Positions 11,252 through 23,988 of a stretch of DNA of 64,000 nt are shown here, piece by piece (positions within the stretch are counted from its first letter, which is position 1; each line of letters opens with the position of its first letter). The translations under genes and the position numbers were made by a program. A model generated the notes under the pieces. That model searched no databases. It was not told the origin of the DNA and saw only the letters and a list, made by a program, of their open reading frames with translations. This DNA is from Gammaproteobacteria bacterium (GTDB lineage Bacteria > Pseudomonadota > Gammaproteobacteria > UBA9214), in the NCBI GenBank assembly GCA_020344335.1, contig CP070821.1, positions 1,277,000-1,340,999 of the forward strand, written 5' to 3'.

Positions 11252-12778
11252 ATGGGAAACACGATAAAAAAACAGGATTTCATCGACAGCATCCGCGATG
11301 CGCTGCAGTACATCTCCTATTATCATCCGCCGGATTTCATCCGGGCCATGACCGAGGCTTGGGAGAATGAGCAATCTCCGGCGGCGCGCGATGCCATGGC
11401 ACAGATCCTGATCAATTCGCGGATGTGCGCCGAGGGACAGCGGCCTATCTGTCAGGATACCGGCATCGTCAATGTGTTCCTGAACATCGGCATGGATCTG
11501 CGCTGGGAGACGGATACCGGCATCGATGACATGGTCAATGTCGCGGTTCATCAAGCCTATACCGACTCTGCAAACCCGTTGCGCGGCTCGGTAGTCACCG
11601 ACCCTGCTGGCGAGCGGCGCAACACCGGGGACAACACACCCGCCGTCATTCACAAGAATGTTGTCCCCGGCGACCGGCTCGAGGTAACCGTGGCAGCCAA
11701 GGGTGGCGGCTCGGAAAACAAATCCCGCTTTACCATCCTGAATCCGAGCGACGACATCACCGACTGGGTGCTGGAACAGGTTCCGGCCATGGGTGCCGGC
11801 TGGTGCCCGCCCGGCATCCTCGGCATCGGTATTGGCGGGACTGCGGAAAAGGCCATGTTGCTGGCCAAGGAGGCCTTACTCGCCCCTGTCGACATCCACG
11901 AACTGCAACAGCGCGGGCCACGAAACCGGCTGGAGGAACTGCGCCTCGAAATCTATGACAAGGTGAACGCCCTCGGAATCGGTGCGCAGGGACTCGGCGG
12001 CCTGACTACCGTCCTGGATGTCAAGATCCGTGACTACCCGACACACGCAGCCTCCAAGCCGGTCGCGATGATTCCGAACTGCGCCGCCACGCGGCACATC
12101 CACTTCACCCTCAACGGCAGTGGTCCCGCACAGCTCGAGCCGCCGGCCCTGGATGACTGGCCCGAGATTGCCGCCGACAGCAGTGCCAGCGCACGGCATG
12201 TCAATCTCGATACCCTCGATCGCAGCGCAGTGGGGGAATGGCAACCGGGCGAAACCCTGCTGATCAGCGGCAAACTGCTCACCGGGCGGGATGCGGCGCA
12301 CAAGCGCATCATCGACCTGCTGGACCGTGGGGAACCGTTACCGGAAGGACTTGATTTCAATGGCCGGTTTATCTACTACGTCGGCCCGGTCGACCCCGTC
12401 GGCGAGGAGGTTGTCGGACCTGCCGGCCCGACCACGGCTACGCGCATGGACAAGTTCACCGAGCCGCTGCTGGATAAAACCGGTCTGCTCGGAATGATCG
12501 GCAAGGCCGAGCGCGGTGCGCAGACGGTGAAGACCATCGCACGTTACGGGGCTGTGTACCTGGTCGCCACCGGCGGCGCTGCATACCTCGTCTCCAAGGC
12601 CATTCGTCAGGCCCGTGTGATCGCCTTCCCGGAACTCGGCATGGAGGCCGTGTACGAATTCGAGGTCGAGGACATGCCCGTCACGGTGGCCGTCGATGCC
12701 CACGGCCATTCCGTGCACGAGAGCGGCCCGAGGGAATGGCGCATGCGGATCGGCAAGATACCGGTCAACATAGCCTGA
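11252..12778 (+). CDS. fumA: Class I fumarate hydratase (Fe-S, FumA/FumB type)
   Basis: About 508 aa; N-terminal catalytic domain with CQDTGI motif and C-terminal beta-subunit-like domain typical of class I fumarases. ORF begins at 11225; Met at 11252 is preferred. Confidence 0.88.
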   Translation: MGNTIKKQDFIDSIRDALQYISYYHPPDFIRAMTEAWENEQSPAARDAMAQILINSRMCAEGQRPICQDTGIVNVFLNIGMDLRWETDTGIDDMVNVAVHQAYTDSANPLRGSVVTDPAGERRNTGDNTPAVIHKNVVPGDRLEVTVAAKGGGSENKSRFTILNPSDDITDWVLEQVPAMGAGWCPPGILGIGIGGTAEKAMLLAKEALLAPVDIHELQQRGPRNRLEELRLEIYDKVNALGIGAQGLGGLTTVLDVKIRDYPTHAASKPVAMIPNCAATRHIHFTLNGSGPAQLEPPALDDWPEIAADSSASARHVNLDTLDRSAVGEWQPGETLLISGKLLTGRDAAHKRIIDLLDRGEPLPEGLDFNGRFIYYVGPVDPVGEEVVGPAGPTTATRMDKFTEPLLDKTGLLGMIGKAERGAQTVKTIARYGAVYLVATGGAAYLVSKAIRQARVIAFPELGMEAVYEFEVEDMPVTVAVDAHGHSVHESGPREWRMRIGKIPVNIA

Positions 12779-12863
12779 GTACCCCGCCCACATCCCGGCG
12801 CCTCCCGCAAAACAATGCACGGGCTATAATAACCGCCTTTCATATCGCCGGAATCAGATACCC

Positions 12864-13816
<953 letters not shown>

Positions 13817-13930
13817 ATCGGATCATGCTGTGTGCTCGTGACCTGCTGGACAAAACCGGTCCCGGGAAGGGCCATTGTTCGATCCTGAAAATCAGAACAG
13901 GCAAGTTACAGGTCATTCCAGGAAATTGTT

Positions 13931-14287
13931 ATGTGCTGTCGCCGAGGTTGGTATCTTGTCACGCTTGCCGGTTATTTCGGGACCTTTGCGCTGCTGGTCG
14001 CCTGGTACACCGTGCTTGCCCCTTCGCCCCACTTCCCGGTCTCACTGGTCCTGCTGGTACTGGGCACGCCGCTGCTGTTCCCGTTGCGCGGCCTGTTGCA
14101 CGGCCGTGATTACACCTTTTCCTGGAGCTGCTTTCTGGCCCTGTTGTATTTTATCCACGGGGTAGTGGAAGCCGTGCACGCGGATGTGACACGGCTTTAT
14201 GGCCTGATGGAAATCGTATTCACCGCCATGTGGTTTGGCGGTGCCATTATGTTTGTTCGAGTCGGCAGGGAAATGGAAGACCGCTAG
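13931..14287 (+). CDS. DUF2069-like integral membrane protein
   Basis: 118 aa, four predicted TM segments; small membrane ORF commonly found directly after wrbA. Confidence 0.55.
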   Translation: MCCRRGWYLVTLAGYFGTFALLVAWYTVLAPSPHFPVSLVLLVLGTPLLFPLRGLLHGRDYTFSWSCFLALLYFIHGVVEAVHADVTRLYGLMEIVFTAMWFGGAIMFVRVGREMEDR

Positions 14288-14319
14288 GATGCAATACTGG
14301 TTTTTCCTGCATTTCCGGA

Positions 14320-15021
14320 TCAGCAAATTTCATCCAGCACGGCTTTAACGAACGGAATCGTCAGGCGCCGCTGTTCCACCATGGAGGCTTCGTCCAACCG
14401 GTCGAGCAGTGTAAACACCGACGGCAGGTCGCGCGGGATGCGTTTCAGCAAAAAAGCCGCCGTCTCTTCCGGCAACTCCAGCCCGCGACTCCGCGCCCGG
14501 TGCATCAGTGCCATGTGCACCGAGTCATTATCGATGGGCTTGAGGGTATAGGTCACGCCCCAACCCAACCGTGACACCAGGTCGGGCAATTTAATCCCGA
14601 GCCGGTCGACATGTCCGGACCCGGTGATCAGCAGTCGGCTTCCGGACTCGCGCGTGCGGTTGAACAGGTGAAACAAGCCGGCCTCCCATTCCGGCAACCC
14701 GGCAATGGCATCCACATCATCAATGCATAGCAGCTGCATCGCCTCCATTTCATCGAACAGCTCCGGCGACAGGGATTTCAATTCATTCAGCGGCAGATAG
14801 GCCGCCGCATGTTCCCGTCGGGCCGCCTCGTGGCATGCGGCCTGCAGCAAGTGGGTTTTTCCAAGACCGGTGTCACCGGACAGGAACACCAGTGTTTCCC
14901 CCTCCCCGACTGCCGCCAACTGCAGGCAGCGTACTGCCTCGGCATTGGGGCCGGGGAAAAAGCTCGCGAAACGCGCACTGTCACGCAATGCCAGGCCGAG
15001 CGGCAATTGGGGATGGTTCAT
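14320..15021 (-). CDS. hda: DnaA regulatory inactivator Hda
   Basis: About 233 aa DnaA-like AAA+ protein with Walker A GDTGLGKTHLLQA. ORF reaches 15084; Met at 15021 (MNHPQLPLG) is preferred. Confidence 0.85.
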   Translation of the reverse strand: MNHPQLPLGLALRDSARFASFFPGPNAEAVRCLQLAAVGEGETLVFLSGDTGLGKTHLLQAACHEAARREHAAAYLPLNELKSLSPELFDEMEAMQLLCIDDVDAIAGLPEWEAGLFHLFNRTRESGSRLLITGSGHVDRLGIKLPDLVSRLGWGVTYTLKPIDNDSVHMALMHRARSRGLELPEETAAFLLKRIPRDLPSVFTLLDRLDEASMVEQRRLTIPFVKAVLDEIC

Positions 15022-15037
15022 GAAGGCACCCCGGGTA

Positions 15038-15589
15038 CTAGTGTGCACGTTTGAGCCAGGCACGGCGGCCCCAGGTCCACACATAGCCGATGCCGCTCCA
15101 CACGATGGTTACCAGCACGCTGTAGATCAGGGCATCAATCCAGAGCAATGGCAGCGCGTAGATGGCATGGCTGAACATAACCGACAGCACCAGCAGAATC
15201 TGCGCCAGCGTGTTCAGCTTGCTGACGACACTCGGGTCGGCTTCCACCTTTTCAATGCGTGCGTTGTAGATGATGGCACCGGTCACGATCACCAGGTCAC
15301 GCAGAATCACCAGCCCGACCAGCCAGTACGGCAGCAGGCCGAGCCAGCCGAGAGCAAGGAAACTGGAGACCATCAGCAGCTTGTCGGCCAGCGGATCCAT
15401 CAGTGCCCCAACCCGGCTGGTCCATTGGTAGCGCCGTGCCAGGAACCCGTCCAGGGCATCGGAAATACCGGCGAGCGCAAACAGTACCAAAGCCGGTCCG
15501 AAGCTGTGATCCAGCATGTAAACGACAACCAGAGGCACCAGCAGGAAGCGAAAGGCCGTCAGGATGTTGGGGAGGTCGCTGCGCTTCAC
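15038..15589 (-). CDS. CDP-alcohol phosphatidyltransferase family protein (PgsA-like)
   Basis: 183 aa multi-TM protein with motif DALDGFLARR...G...DPLADK. Confidence 0.8.
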   Translation of the reverse strand: MKRSDLPNILTAFRFLLVPLVVVYMLDHSFGPALVLFALAGISDALDGFLARRYQWTSRVGALMDPLADKLLMVSSFLALGWLGLLPYWLVGLVILRDLVIVTGAIIYNARIEKVEADPSVVSKLNTLAQILLVLSVMFSHAIYALPLLWIDALIYSVLVTIVWSGIGYVWTWGRRAWLKRAH

Positions 15590-16623
15590 TGGCGAACCCG
15601 GTAGATCCCCGGCGTATCCACCGTGGCAGGCTCCAGCACGGTACCAATGGTGATTGTTTGCGTCAGCCCCTGCAGGGTACCGTTAAGCTGCAAGACATAG
15701 ACCACGGAAGTCCCGGCCACCTGTTCGACCTGCAATTGCCGGACGGCAGTCAACGAGGCCAGGTAATCCGTCACCCGTGCATAGGCCGCCAGGGTGTTGA
15801 TATCCTCGACGGTCACGTTGACCCGGTTGCCGACCGTGCCGGAATCCGTTACCGCGAGGCGCGATGCCAGGTTATCAGCCACATTGTCGATGCCGGCCTG
15901 TACCACGCCCGCCAGCTGCTTGTCGGTATCCGACCAGGCCGTGGTATTGCCGGCAAGGCGCAGGTTCCAGCGTGCCGTCCAGCTGCCCGTCGAACTGCGG
16001 TTAAGGCGCCCGATCAGCACCGCCTGCGGGTTGTAACGGTCAGATGCCTCCAGCACACGGTCGAAGAAACCACCCCAGACATCACTGAAACGCACCTGTG
16101 TCTGGTCCTGCAGGTCCATCAGCGGAAACAGCAAGGGGATGCCGCGTTGTTTTGCCGCCTGCCGAACCTGTTTCTGGGCAACCGTTTCATCCTGGGCCGA
16201 GACGATATAGCGCCGACCGCGCTCCTCCACCGCGAGCCATACCAGCGTGTCCGGCCGTTCGGCACCGCCCCAGTAGGCGATGCCATGCTCACGCAATGCC
16301 CGGCGAACCCCCTCCCCGTCAAAGCGTACCCGCAGCATCAGCCTGGGCGGCGTGCTTTCGGGCTCGGTAAAATAACGGTATTGCTGGACATGGTGTGTTG
16401 CATCGTCCAGTAACAGCCGCGCCCGCTCGGAATGCAACAGTTCACGCTGACCGGTCACCCGGACCAGAACGTCCGACAATGCCTGCCGCATGGCCGCCTT
16501 GCGTTCGTCCGGCTGCTGGCTGGTAACCGGGACCTCGGCCTCGAACAGGTCCTGGCCGCTGGCACCAGAAACCGGCAGCAGCGCCAGCCACAGCACAGCG
16601 GTTGTCAACATCAACCGGATCAT
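15586..16623 (-). CDS. DUF2066-like secreted protein
   Basis: About 345 aa with signal peptide (MIRLMLTTAVLWLALLPVSGASGQ); conserved unknown-function gene lying between purM and hda. ORF reaches 16791; Met at 16623 is preferred. Confidence 0.55.
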   Translation of the reverse strand: MIRLMLTTAVLWLALLPVSGASGQDLFEAEVPVTSQQPDERKAAMRQALSDVLVRVTGQRELLHSERARLLLDDATHHVQQYRYFTEPESTPPRLMLRVRFDGEGVRRALREHGIAYWGGAERPDTLVWLAVEERGRRYIVSAQDETVAQKQVRQAAKQRGIPLLFPLMDLQDQTQVRFSDVWGGFFDRVLEASDRYNPQAVLIGRLNRSSTGSWTARWNLRLAGNTTAWSDTDKQLAGVVQAGIDNVADNLASRLAVTDSGTVGNRVNVTVEDINTLAAYARVTDYLASLTAVRQLQVEQVAGTSVVYVLQLNGTLQGLTQTITIGTVLEPATVDTPGIYRVRQ

Positions 16624-16840
16624 CCGTTGCCTTATACCCTGCATACAGCGTCGCACCTGTCCCTCCTGACCAAGGTGGATAAGCATACGGATATCAACCG
16701 GTTTTGACCATATCAGTCGATCGGCAGTCCTGCCCACAGGTCCAGGTACAGTTGATAGCGGTTTACACAAATAGCAGGCGACCGCTACCATTACCGCTGT
16801 TACCTACCGGAGTCCTTCCTTAAGCGCGCAGAAAACAGGC

Positions 16841-17971
16841 ATGACTACCTCGCATCCCTCCAAGTCCCTTAGCTACCGCGACTCCGGCGTCGATATCGAT
16901 GCCGGCAACCGGCTGATAGAGAATATCAAGCCGGCAGTTGCCCGCACCCGGCGACCCGAGGTACTGGCCGGCCTGGGAGGTTTCGGTGCCCTGTTCGAAT
17001 TGCCACTGGATCGCTACCGGCAACCGGTACTGGTCTCGGGCACCGACGGGGTCGGCACCAAGCTAAAACTCGCCATCGAAGCCGGCCTGCACGACAGTAT
17101 CGGTATCGACCTCGTGGCCATGTGCGTCAATGACATCATCGTCCAGGGCGCGGAACCGCTGTTCTTCCTCGACTATTACGCCACCGGTTCGCTGGACATA
17201 GAAATTGCCACGGACGTCATCAGCGGTATTGCCAGTGGCTGCGAACAGGCCGGTGCGGCACTGATTGGCGGAGAAACGGCCGAGATGCCCGGTATGTACG
17301 CCGCGGGCGATTACGACCTCGCCGGCTTCAGCGTCGGAATCGTTGAAAGGGACGCCATTATCGACGGGAGCAAGGTCAAGGCAGGCGATACCCTTGTCGG
17401 GCTGGCATCCAGCGGCCCGCATTCCAATGGCTATTCGCTGATTCGCAAGATTATCGAGGTATCCGCCAGCAACCTGGAAGAAACCCTTGACGACCTCTCG
17501 CTGGCCGAGTGGCTGCTGGCACCAACCCGCATCTATGTCAAACCCCTGCTATCACTGTTCAGAGAGGTCGATGTGCATTCGCTGGCGCATATCACCGGAG
17601 GCGGACTGACCGAGAACCTGCCACGCGTCATGCCGCAGGACACCTGCGCCAGGATCGATACCACGGCATGGCAACGACCGGCGATTTTTGGCTGGTTGCA
17701 GGACAAGGGACACGTCACCGATCCCGAAATGTACCGTACCTTCAACTGCGGCATCGGTATGGTGGTTTGCATCGATCCGGCCGATGTCCAGCGCACCCTC
17801 GAACATCTTGCCAACGCAGGCGAAGATGTCTTTATTATCGGCCAGGTAGAAGGCGGTGCAGGGTCACCCGTCGTCGTTCTGGAAGACAGACCCGATACCG
17901 ACAGATCCATTCTACTCCCAAGCTGCTCATGGCCGGCGCTGCACAACAACCCCTGCCCATCGTGGTACTGA
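16841..17971 (+). CDS. purM: Phosphoribosylformylglycinamidine cyclo-ligase (AIR synthetase)
   Basis: PurM N-terminus [13 protein letters not shown] and [14 protein letters not shown] motif. The ORF has a roughly 25 aa C-terminal tail that overlaps the purN start. Confidence 0.93.
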   Translation: MTTSHPSKSLSYRDSGVDIDAGNRLIENIKPAVARTRRPEVLAGLGGFGALFELPLDRYRQPVLVSGTDGVGTKLKLAIEAGLHDSIGIDLVAMCVNDIIVQGAEPLFFLDYYATGSLDIEIATDVISGIASGCEQAGAALIGGETAEMPGMYAAGDYDLAGFSVGIVERDAIIDGSKVKAGDTLVGLASSGPHSNGYSLIRKIIEVSASNLEETLDDLSLAEWLLAPTRIYVKPLLSLFREVDVHSLAHITGGGLTENLPRVMPQDTCARIDTTAWQRPAIFGWLQDKGHVTDPEMYRTFNCGIGMVVCIDPADVQRTLEHLANAGEDVFIIGQVEGGAGSPVVVLEDRPDTDRSILLPSCSWPALHNNPCPSWY

Positions 17972-18609
17972 TCTCAGGGCATGGCAGTAACCTCGAGGCA
18001 ATCATCGAAGCCAACCGGCGCAGTGAACTGCCGGTCGATATTCGCGCCGTCATCTGCAACCGTCCGGATGCCGGCGGTATCGAGATATCCCGCCAGGCCG
18101 GTATCGAAACCAGAATCATAGACCATACCCGCTATGCCGATCGTGCCGGGTTCGATGCCGCCCTGCAAACCGCCATCGACGCCTACAACCCGGGACTCGT
18201 GGTGCTTGCGGGTTTCATGCGTATTCTGACACCGGGATTCGTCGACCATTACCGCGGACGACTGATCAACATCCATCCATCGCTGCTACCCGAGTTTCCC
18301 GGACTGAATACCCACCAGCGCGCACTGGATGCCGGCAGGCAGGTCGCTGGCGCAACCGTGCATTTTGTCACCGCGGAAACCGACGGCGGCCCGGCGTTTT
18401 TGCAGGTGCAGGTTGCCGTACAGGAAAATGACACGGCCGAGACACTGGCGGAACGGGTTTTACAGCATGAGCACAGGCTGTACCCGGAGGCAATCCGGCG
18501 GGTGGCAGAGGGGCGCATCGCACTGGATGAAAAGGACAGGGTGCTCTGCGACGGGATACCGCTGGAAACCGCGTGTCTGCTGGAGCCCGACGTGGCATCC
18601 GGTACATGA
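17929..18609 (+). CDS. purN: Phosphoribosylglycinamide formyltransferase
   Basis: 226 aa; [15 protein letters not shown], formyl-transferase HPSLLP motif. Real start ATG 17929 lies inside a longer track ORF (17509..18609) whose N-terminal part is a shadow of purM. Confidence 0.9.
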   Translation: MAGAAQQPLPIVVLISGHGSNLEAIIEANRRSELPVDIRAVICNRPDAGGIEISRQAGIETRIIDHTRYADRAGFDAALQTAIDAYNPGLVVLAGFMRILTPGFVDHYRGRLINIHPSLLPEFPGLNTHQRALDAGRQVAGATVHFVTAETDGGPAFLQVQVAVQENDTAETLAERVLQHEHRLYPEAIRRVAEGRIALDEKDRVLCDGIPLETACLLEPDVASGT

Positions 18610-19343
18610 AAGCCACCGGCTGCCGCTGGCTTGCCATGTTCGCTCTTCTGCCTGGCGGGTGTCTTGTCAGCGTACTGGCTGCCCCGGTCATCCCTTCCTT
18701 TGAGGCCAGCTACTCGATCGAACGTGCAATTTTTGATGTTGGCCGTATCCAGTTGCGCTTCCAGCTTGATCCCTCCGGCAACTATGTCTACGAGTCTGTT
18801 ACCGAGGTGGCCGGTTTTATTTCCTGGTTCCGGGACGAACGGGTCGAGGAGTCCAGCCGCGGCATGATGGATGCCAGCGGCATCCATCCCGATCATTACC
18901 GCTTTGAGCGCGTCGGCGGAAAGGCAGACAAGCAGGTAGAGGTCAGCTTTGACTGGCAATCCGGACGCGTGAAAAATCTGGTGGATGGCCAGCCTTGGGA
19001 AATGGTGGTCCCCGAGGGAACGCTCGACAAACTGGTTGTACAGCTTGCCATGATGCGCAATCTGCAGAATAGCCTGCAGGTCCAGCACTTCCGGGTAGCA
19101 GATGGTGGCAAGCTGAAAGACTTTCGCATCCACATTCGCGGGCGTGAAACCCTTGACGTGCCAGCCGGGCATTTCGAAACCATCAAGGTGGAAAAAACAC
19201 CGGAACACGGTAACCGGAAGACCTATCTGTGGCTTGCGCCGGCACTTGGCTACCTGCCGGTCCGTATCATGCGTATAGAGAGTGACGGTGCCAGGTACTA
19301 CAGCGTACTGGAACACGTCAGTGATTCACTGCTCCCGAGGTAA
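18606..19343 (+). CDS. DUF3108-like secreted protein
   Basis: About 245 aa with signal peptide, conserved gene directly downstream of purN. Start taken at Met 18606 within the ORF beginning at 18573. Confidence 0.55.
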   Translation: MKATGCRWLAMFALLPGGCLVSVLAAPVIPSFEASYSIERAIFDVGRIQLRFQLDPSGNYVYESVTEVAGFISWFRDERVEESSRGMMDASGIHPDHYRFERVGGKADKQVEVSFDWQSGRVKNLVDGQPWEMVVPEGTLDKLVVQLAMMRNLQNSLQVQHFRVADGGKLKDFRIHIRGRETLDVPAGHFETIKVEKTPEHGNRKTYLWLAPALGYLPVRIMRIESDGARYYSVLEHVSDSLLPR

Positions 19344-19344
19344 T

Positions 19345-19911
19345 TCAGGTCTTGGGCAAGGTGACGCCTTTCTGCCCCTGGTACTTCCCGCCCCGGTCCT
19401 TGTAGGACGTCTCGCAGATTTCATCGGACTCCAGGAACAACACCTGCGCAACACCTTCATTGGCATAAATCTTGGCAGGCAGCGGTGTGGTGTTGGAGAA
19501 CTCCAGTGTCACGTGTCCTTCCCATTCCGGTTCGAACGGGGTGACATTCACGATAATGCCGCAGCGGGCATAAGTCGACTTGCCAAGGCAAATGGTCAGC
19601 ACATTGCGCGGGATCCGGAAGTACTCGACCGTGCGTGCCAGTGCAAAGGAATTGGGCGGGATGATACAGACATCGCCCTTCACATCTACAAAGCTGTTTG
19701 CATCGAAGTTTTTGGGGTCGACGATGGCGGAATTGATGTTGGTGAAGATCTTGAATTCATCGGAACAGCGGATGTCATAACCATAACTCGAGGTACCGTA
19801 GGAGACGATGCGTCCCGCACCGTTTTCACGAACCTGCCCGGCCTCGAAAGGCTCGATCATGCCGTGTTCGATTGCCATGCGGCGGATCCACTTGTCAGAT
19901 TTTATCGACAT
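19345..19911 (-). CDS. dcd: dCTP deaminase
   Basis: 188 aa, dUTPase-fold Dcd family with N-terminus [12 protein letters not shown]. Confidence 0.93.
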   Translation of the reverse strand: MSIKSDKWIRRMAIEHGMIEPFEAGQVRENGAGRIVSYGTSSYGYDIRCSDEFKIFTNINSAIVDPKNFDANSFVDVKGDVCIIPPNSFALARTVEYFRIPRNVLTICLGKSTYARCGIIVNVTPFEPEWEGHVTLEFSNTTPLPAKIYANEGVAQVLFLESDEICETSYKDRGGKYQGQKGVTLPKT

Positions 19912-20036
19912 TGAATTATCGATCTTCGAATTCGGGTTGAACGATACCTAGCCAAGGTGCGCCATGCGCTACCGGAAGTGGCGGGCACAGGACGGTACAT
20001 ACGGCGTGCCCTGCATGCACTGTATGCATCAAGTCG

Positions 20037-21128
20037 CTAATCGTTCTGGATAACGATCTGCGGAAACTTCGCCGCATAGTCTTTTGTCTTCATTGACAGC
20101 TTCGCTGCCGTGCGCCGTGCAATCTCCCGGTAGATCTCGGAAATGCGGCTGTCCGGTTCGGCTACCACGGTCGGCTTGCCGTTGTCGGTCTCCTCGCGGA
20201 TGCGCTTGTCCAGCGGGATACCGCCGAGAAAATCAACATTGTATTCCTCGGACATGCGCTGGCCACCGCCTTCGCCAAAAATGTGCTCCTCGTGTCCGCA
20301 TTCACTGCAGATATGCATACTCATGTTTTCAACGATGCCAAGCACCGGAACCTCCACTTTCTCGAACATCTTGAAGCCTTTGCGGGCATCCAGCAGGGCG
20401 ATATCCTGTGGCGTGGTCACGATCACCGCGCCGCTGACCGGCACCTGCTGCGCCAGCGTAAGCTGGGTATCGCCGGTGCCCGGCGGCATGTCCACTACAA
20501 GATAGTCGAGGTCCTTCCAGTTGGTATCACCCAGCAACTGTTGCAGCGCCTGGGTCACCATGGGGCCACGCCAGATCATCGGCGTCTCCTCGTCAACTAG
20601 GAAACCGATGGACATGGCCTGCACATGGTAGCTCACCATGGGTTCCAGTGACTTTCCGTCGATGGATTCGGGCTTGCCCTGCACGCCAAGCATGCGCGGC
20701 TGACTGGGACCGTAGATATCTGCATCCAGCACGCCGACCGTGGCTCCCTCAGCCGCCAGTGCCAGTGCCAGGTTGACCGCAACAGTGGACTTGCCTACGC
20801 CGCCCTTGCCGGAAGCGACGGCAATGATGTTCTTGATGCTCTCGATGTGCTTGACGCCCTTCTGGACGGAATGCTCGGCAATCTTTGAAGATACATCGAT
20901 ATTGGCCGTGGTGATGCCATCGACCGATTCCACCAGCTCCTTCAGGGTGCTTGTCAGCTGCTCCCGATAACCGCCTGCAGGAAAACCCAGTACCACCTTC
21001 ACATCCGCCGTTTCGCCATCGACAGAAATGTCTTTCACGCACTTGGCGGACACCAGATCATGTTCGAGATACGGATCCACGTAACTCTTCAGTTGTTCCT
21101 CGATGTCGGACGCGTTTACATCAGCCAT
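20037..21128 (-). CDS. apbC: Fe-S cluster carrier ATPase ApbC/Mrp
   Basis: About 363 aa; N-terminal DUF59-like domain, deviant Walker A SGKGGVGKST, CxxC; divergent from metG as in enterobacteria. ORF reaches 21320; Met at 21128 is preferred. Confidence 0.9.
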   Translation of the reverse strand: MADVNASDIEEQLKSYVDPYLEHDLVSAKCVKDISVDGETADVKVVLGFPAGGYREQLTSTLKELVESVDGITTANIDVSSKIAEHSVQKGVKHIESIKNIIAVASGKGGVGKSTVAVNLALALAAEGATVGVLDADIYGPSQPRMLGVQGKPESIDGKSLEPMVSYHVQAMSIGFLVDEETPMIWRGPMVTQALQQLLGDTNWKDLDYLVVDMPPGTGDTQLTLAQQVPVSGAVIVTTPQDIALLDARKGFKMFEKVEVPVLGIVENMSMHICSECGHEEHIFGEGGGQRMSEEYNVDFLGGIPLDKRIREETDNGKPTVVAEPDSRISEIYREIARRTAAKLSMKTKDYAAKFPQIVIQND

Positions 21129-21318
21129 TATCTGTTCCTCAACAAGCACAGGGGCACAGCGGTGCCCGATCAGGTGAAAAGACCGCGCATTGTACACGAA
21201 CTGCCACGACAGGTGCCATGCCTCAAGGCCGCTGGTCTGCCGCAATCCTGACAGGTCTATGGCATACTTACGCCCCTGATTTTCACACTGGAAACACGGT
21301 TTTAGACAGAACTCTCGC

Positions 21319-23352
21319 ATGACTCAAGCCAAGCGCACCATGCTGGTCACCAGCGCCCTCCCGTATGCCAACGGGCCGATCCATCTCGGCCATCTGGTTG
21401 AATACATCCAGACGGATATCTGGGTGCGCTTCCAGAAGCTGCGCGGGCACGACTGCCTGTACGTTTGCGCAGATGATGCACATGGCACACCTATCATGCT
21501 CCGCGCGCAGCAGGAGGGTATAACCCCCGAACAGCTGATCGAGGCCGTCGGTCAGGAGCACCGGACAGACTTCAGCGACTTCAACATCGGCTTCGACAAC
21601 TATCACAGCACGCATTCCCCGGAAAACCGGGAGCTCGCCGAACTGGTCTACCGACGCCACCGGGATGCCGGGCATATCACCACCCGCACCATCACCCAGG
21701 CCTACGATGCCGAGAAAGACATGTTTCTGCCGGACCGCTTCATCAAGGGCGAGTGCCCGCGCTGTGGTGCTGCCGATCAGTACGGCGACAGCTGCGAGGT
21801 CTGCGGGGCCACCTATTCGCCAACCGAGCTCAGGAACCCGGTTTCGGTTATCTCGGGCTCGACCCCGGTCGAGCGGGACTCGCTGCACTATTTCTTCAAG
21901 CTGGCGGATTTCGAGACCCTGCTGCGCGAATGGACCACAGCCGGCCATGTGCAGGAGGAGGTCACCAACAAGCTCAATGAATGGTTCGAGGCAGGCTTGC
22001 GTGAATGGGATATTTCCCGCGATGCCCCGTATTTCGGTTTTCGCATCCCGGAGACGGATGACAAGTACTTTTACGTCTGGATGGATGCACCCATCGGTTA
22101 CATGGCCAGCTTCCGGAACCTGTGTGACAGGACTGACTTGAACTTCGATGAATGGTGGGACAAGGGAAGCGACACCGAGCTCTACCATTTTATTGGCAAG
22201 GACATCATCTACTTCCATACCCTGTTCTGGCCGGCCATGCTGGCCGGCGCCGGGTTTCGGACGCCGACGGCCGTGTTTGCACACGGCTTTCTGACCGTGG
22301 ATGGCCAGAAGATGTCGAAGTCGCGCGGTACTTTCATCAAGGCGCGTACCTATCTCGACCATCTGAATCCGGAATACCTGCGTTATTATTTTGCGGCCAA
22401 GCTCGGCAGCGGGATTGACGATATTGATCTCAACCTTGCCGATTTCCAGCAACGGGTCAACAGTGACCTGGTTGGCAAGGTCGTCAACATTGCCAGCCGC
22501 TGTGCCGGTTTTATCAACAAGCAGTTTGACGGGGAACTGTCGGCCACCTGCTCAGAACCTGATCTTTATGATGAATTCATCGCCGCCGGTAATGCGATTG
22601 CCGCTGATTACGATGCCAGGGAATTCGGGCATGCGCTACGCAAGATCATGGCACTTGCCGACCGGGCCAACCAGTATATCGATGCCAACAAGCCCTGGGT
22701 GCTGGCCAAACAGGAAGGCAATCAGGATGCGGTGCAGGACATCTGCAGCACCGGGATCAACCTGTTCCGGGTATTAGCAACCTGGCTGCAACCGGTGTTG
22801 CCGGCCATGGTCAGCGATGTGGAGGCCTTGCTGAATATTCCGCCCATGACCTGGGATGCCATCAACACACCGCTGACAGCGCACAAGATAAACAAGTTCA
22901 GACCCCTGATGACCCGTGTGGAACAGGAGAAGATAAACAATATGCTTGAAGATTCAAGGGAAAATCTCGCCAGTGCTGAAACTGCAGAGCAAGCTGCCGG
23001 CCCCCTGCAGGATGAACCGATCGCGGAAACCATCAGCTTTGATGACTTTGCCAAACTTGATTTGCGCATTGCTCGCATCAAGAAGGCCGAACTCGTCGAG
23101 GGAGCCGACAAGCTATTGCGCCTGACGCTCGACCTCGGTGGAGAAACCCGTAATGTGTTTGCCGGCATCAAGAGCGCCTATTCACCGGAATCACTGGAAG
23201 GCAAACTGACCGTGATGGTCGCGAACCTGGCGCCGCGCAAGATGCGCTTCGGTGTCTCCGAGGGTATGGTGCTGGCTGCCGGTCCCGGTGGCGCCGAACT
23301 GTGGATACTCAATCCTGACGAAGGCGCACAGCCGGGAATGCGCGTCAAGTAA
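21319..23352 (+). CDS. metG: Methionyl-tRNA synthetase
   Basis: 677 aa; HIGH motif [16 protein letters not shown], Zn knuckle [19 protein letters not shown]-terminal EMAP/tRNA-binding domain. Confidence 0.95.
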   Translation: MTQAKRTMLVTSALPYANGPIHLGHLVEYIQTDIWVRFQKLRGHDCLYVCADDAHGTPIMLRAQQEGITPEQLIEAVGQEHRTDFSDFNIGFDNYHSTHSPENRELAELVYRRHRDAGHITTRTITQAYDAEKDMFLPDRFIKGECPRCGAADQYGDSCEVCGATYSPTELRNPVSVISGSTPVERDSLHYFFKLADFETLLREWTTAGHVQEEVTNKLNEWFEAGLREWDISRDAPYFGFRIPETDDKYFYVWMDAPIGYMASFRNLCDRTDLNFDEWWDKGSDTELYHFIGKDIIYFHTLFWPAMLAGAGFRTPTAVFAHGFLTVDGQKMSKSRGTFIKARTYLDHLNPEYLRYYFAAKLGSGIDDIDLNLADFQQRVNSDLVGKVVNIASRCAGFINKQFDGELSATCSEPDLYDEFIAAGNAIAADYDAREFGHALRKIMALADRANQYIDANKPWVLAKQEGNQDAVQDICSTGINLFRVLATWLQPVLPAMVSDVEALLNIPPMTWDAINTPLTAHKINKFRPLMTRVEQEKINNMLEDSRENLASAETAEQAAGPLQDEPIAETISFDDFAKLDLRIARIKKAELVEGADKLLRLTLDLGGETRNVFAGIKSAYSPESLEGKLTVMVANLAPRKMRFGVSEGMVLAAGPGGAELWILNPDEGAQPGMRVK

Positions 23353-23371
23353 CCACAACAAAACTGACCCG

Positions 23372-23953
23372 ATGACCGAGCTTGCCCTCATTCTTGTCAG
23401 CACCGTACTGGTCAACAACTTTGTTCTGGTCAAGTTTCTCGGCCTGTGTCCTTTTATGGGGGTCTCGCGCAATGTGGATACAGCGACCGGCATGGCACTG
23501 GCTACTACCTTTGTGCTGACGCTGTCCGCGGTCTGCAGCTACCTTGCCAATGAATACCTGTTGCAGCCGCTGGGTCTCGAATACCTGCGCACGATCACAT
23601 TTATCCTGGTCATTGCCGCGGTCGTGCAGTTCACGGAAATGGTGGTCCACAAGACCAGCCCCCTGCTGTACCGGGTACTTGGAATATTTCTGCCACTGAT
23701 TACCACCAACTGCGCGGTACTCGGTGTGGCATTGCTGAACACGCAGGAGCAGCATAACTTCCTGCAGTCAGCCGTGTATGGTTTCGGTGCTGCCATCGGT
23801 TTTTCGATGGTATTGATCCTGTTCTCCGCCATGCGGGAACGCATCGCCGCAGCCGATGTGCCGGTACCCTTCCGGGGTTCAGCCATTGCCCTGATCACTG
23901 CCGGGCTGATGTCACTCGCCTTTATGGGCTTCTCCGGTCTGGTCAAGGGCTGA
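23372..23953 (+). CDS. rnfA: Rnf electron transport complex subunit A
   Basis: 193 aa six-TM protein [28 protein letters not shown] typical of RnfA/RsxA. Confidence 0.9.
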   Translation: MTELALILVSTVLVNNFVLVKFLGLCPFMGVSRNVDTATGMALATTFVLTLSAVCSYLANEYLLQPLGLEYLRTITFILVIAAVVQFTEMVVHKTSPLLYRVLGIFLPLITTNCAVLGVALLNTQEQHNFLQSAVYGFGAAIGFSMVLILFSAMRERIAAADVPVPFRGSAIALITAGLMSLAFMGFSGLVKG

Positions 23954-23988
23954 ACCGGTAGCGTTTCAGTCCCCCCCCACATGCCACC

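Noticed and set aside
17509-17928. N-terminal 140 aa of the 366-aa track ORF containing purN.
   Set aside because: An Arg-rich translation with no similarity to anything. It overlaps the 3-prime end of purM in another frame; the true purN start is the ATG at 17929.
23252-23371. N-terminal 40 aa of the track ORF for rnfA ([13 protein letters not shown]...).
   Set aside because: It overlaps the metG 3-prime end and is not RnfA-like. The conserved RnfA N-terminus begins at Met 23372.
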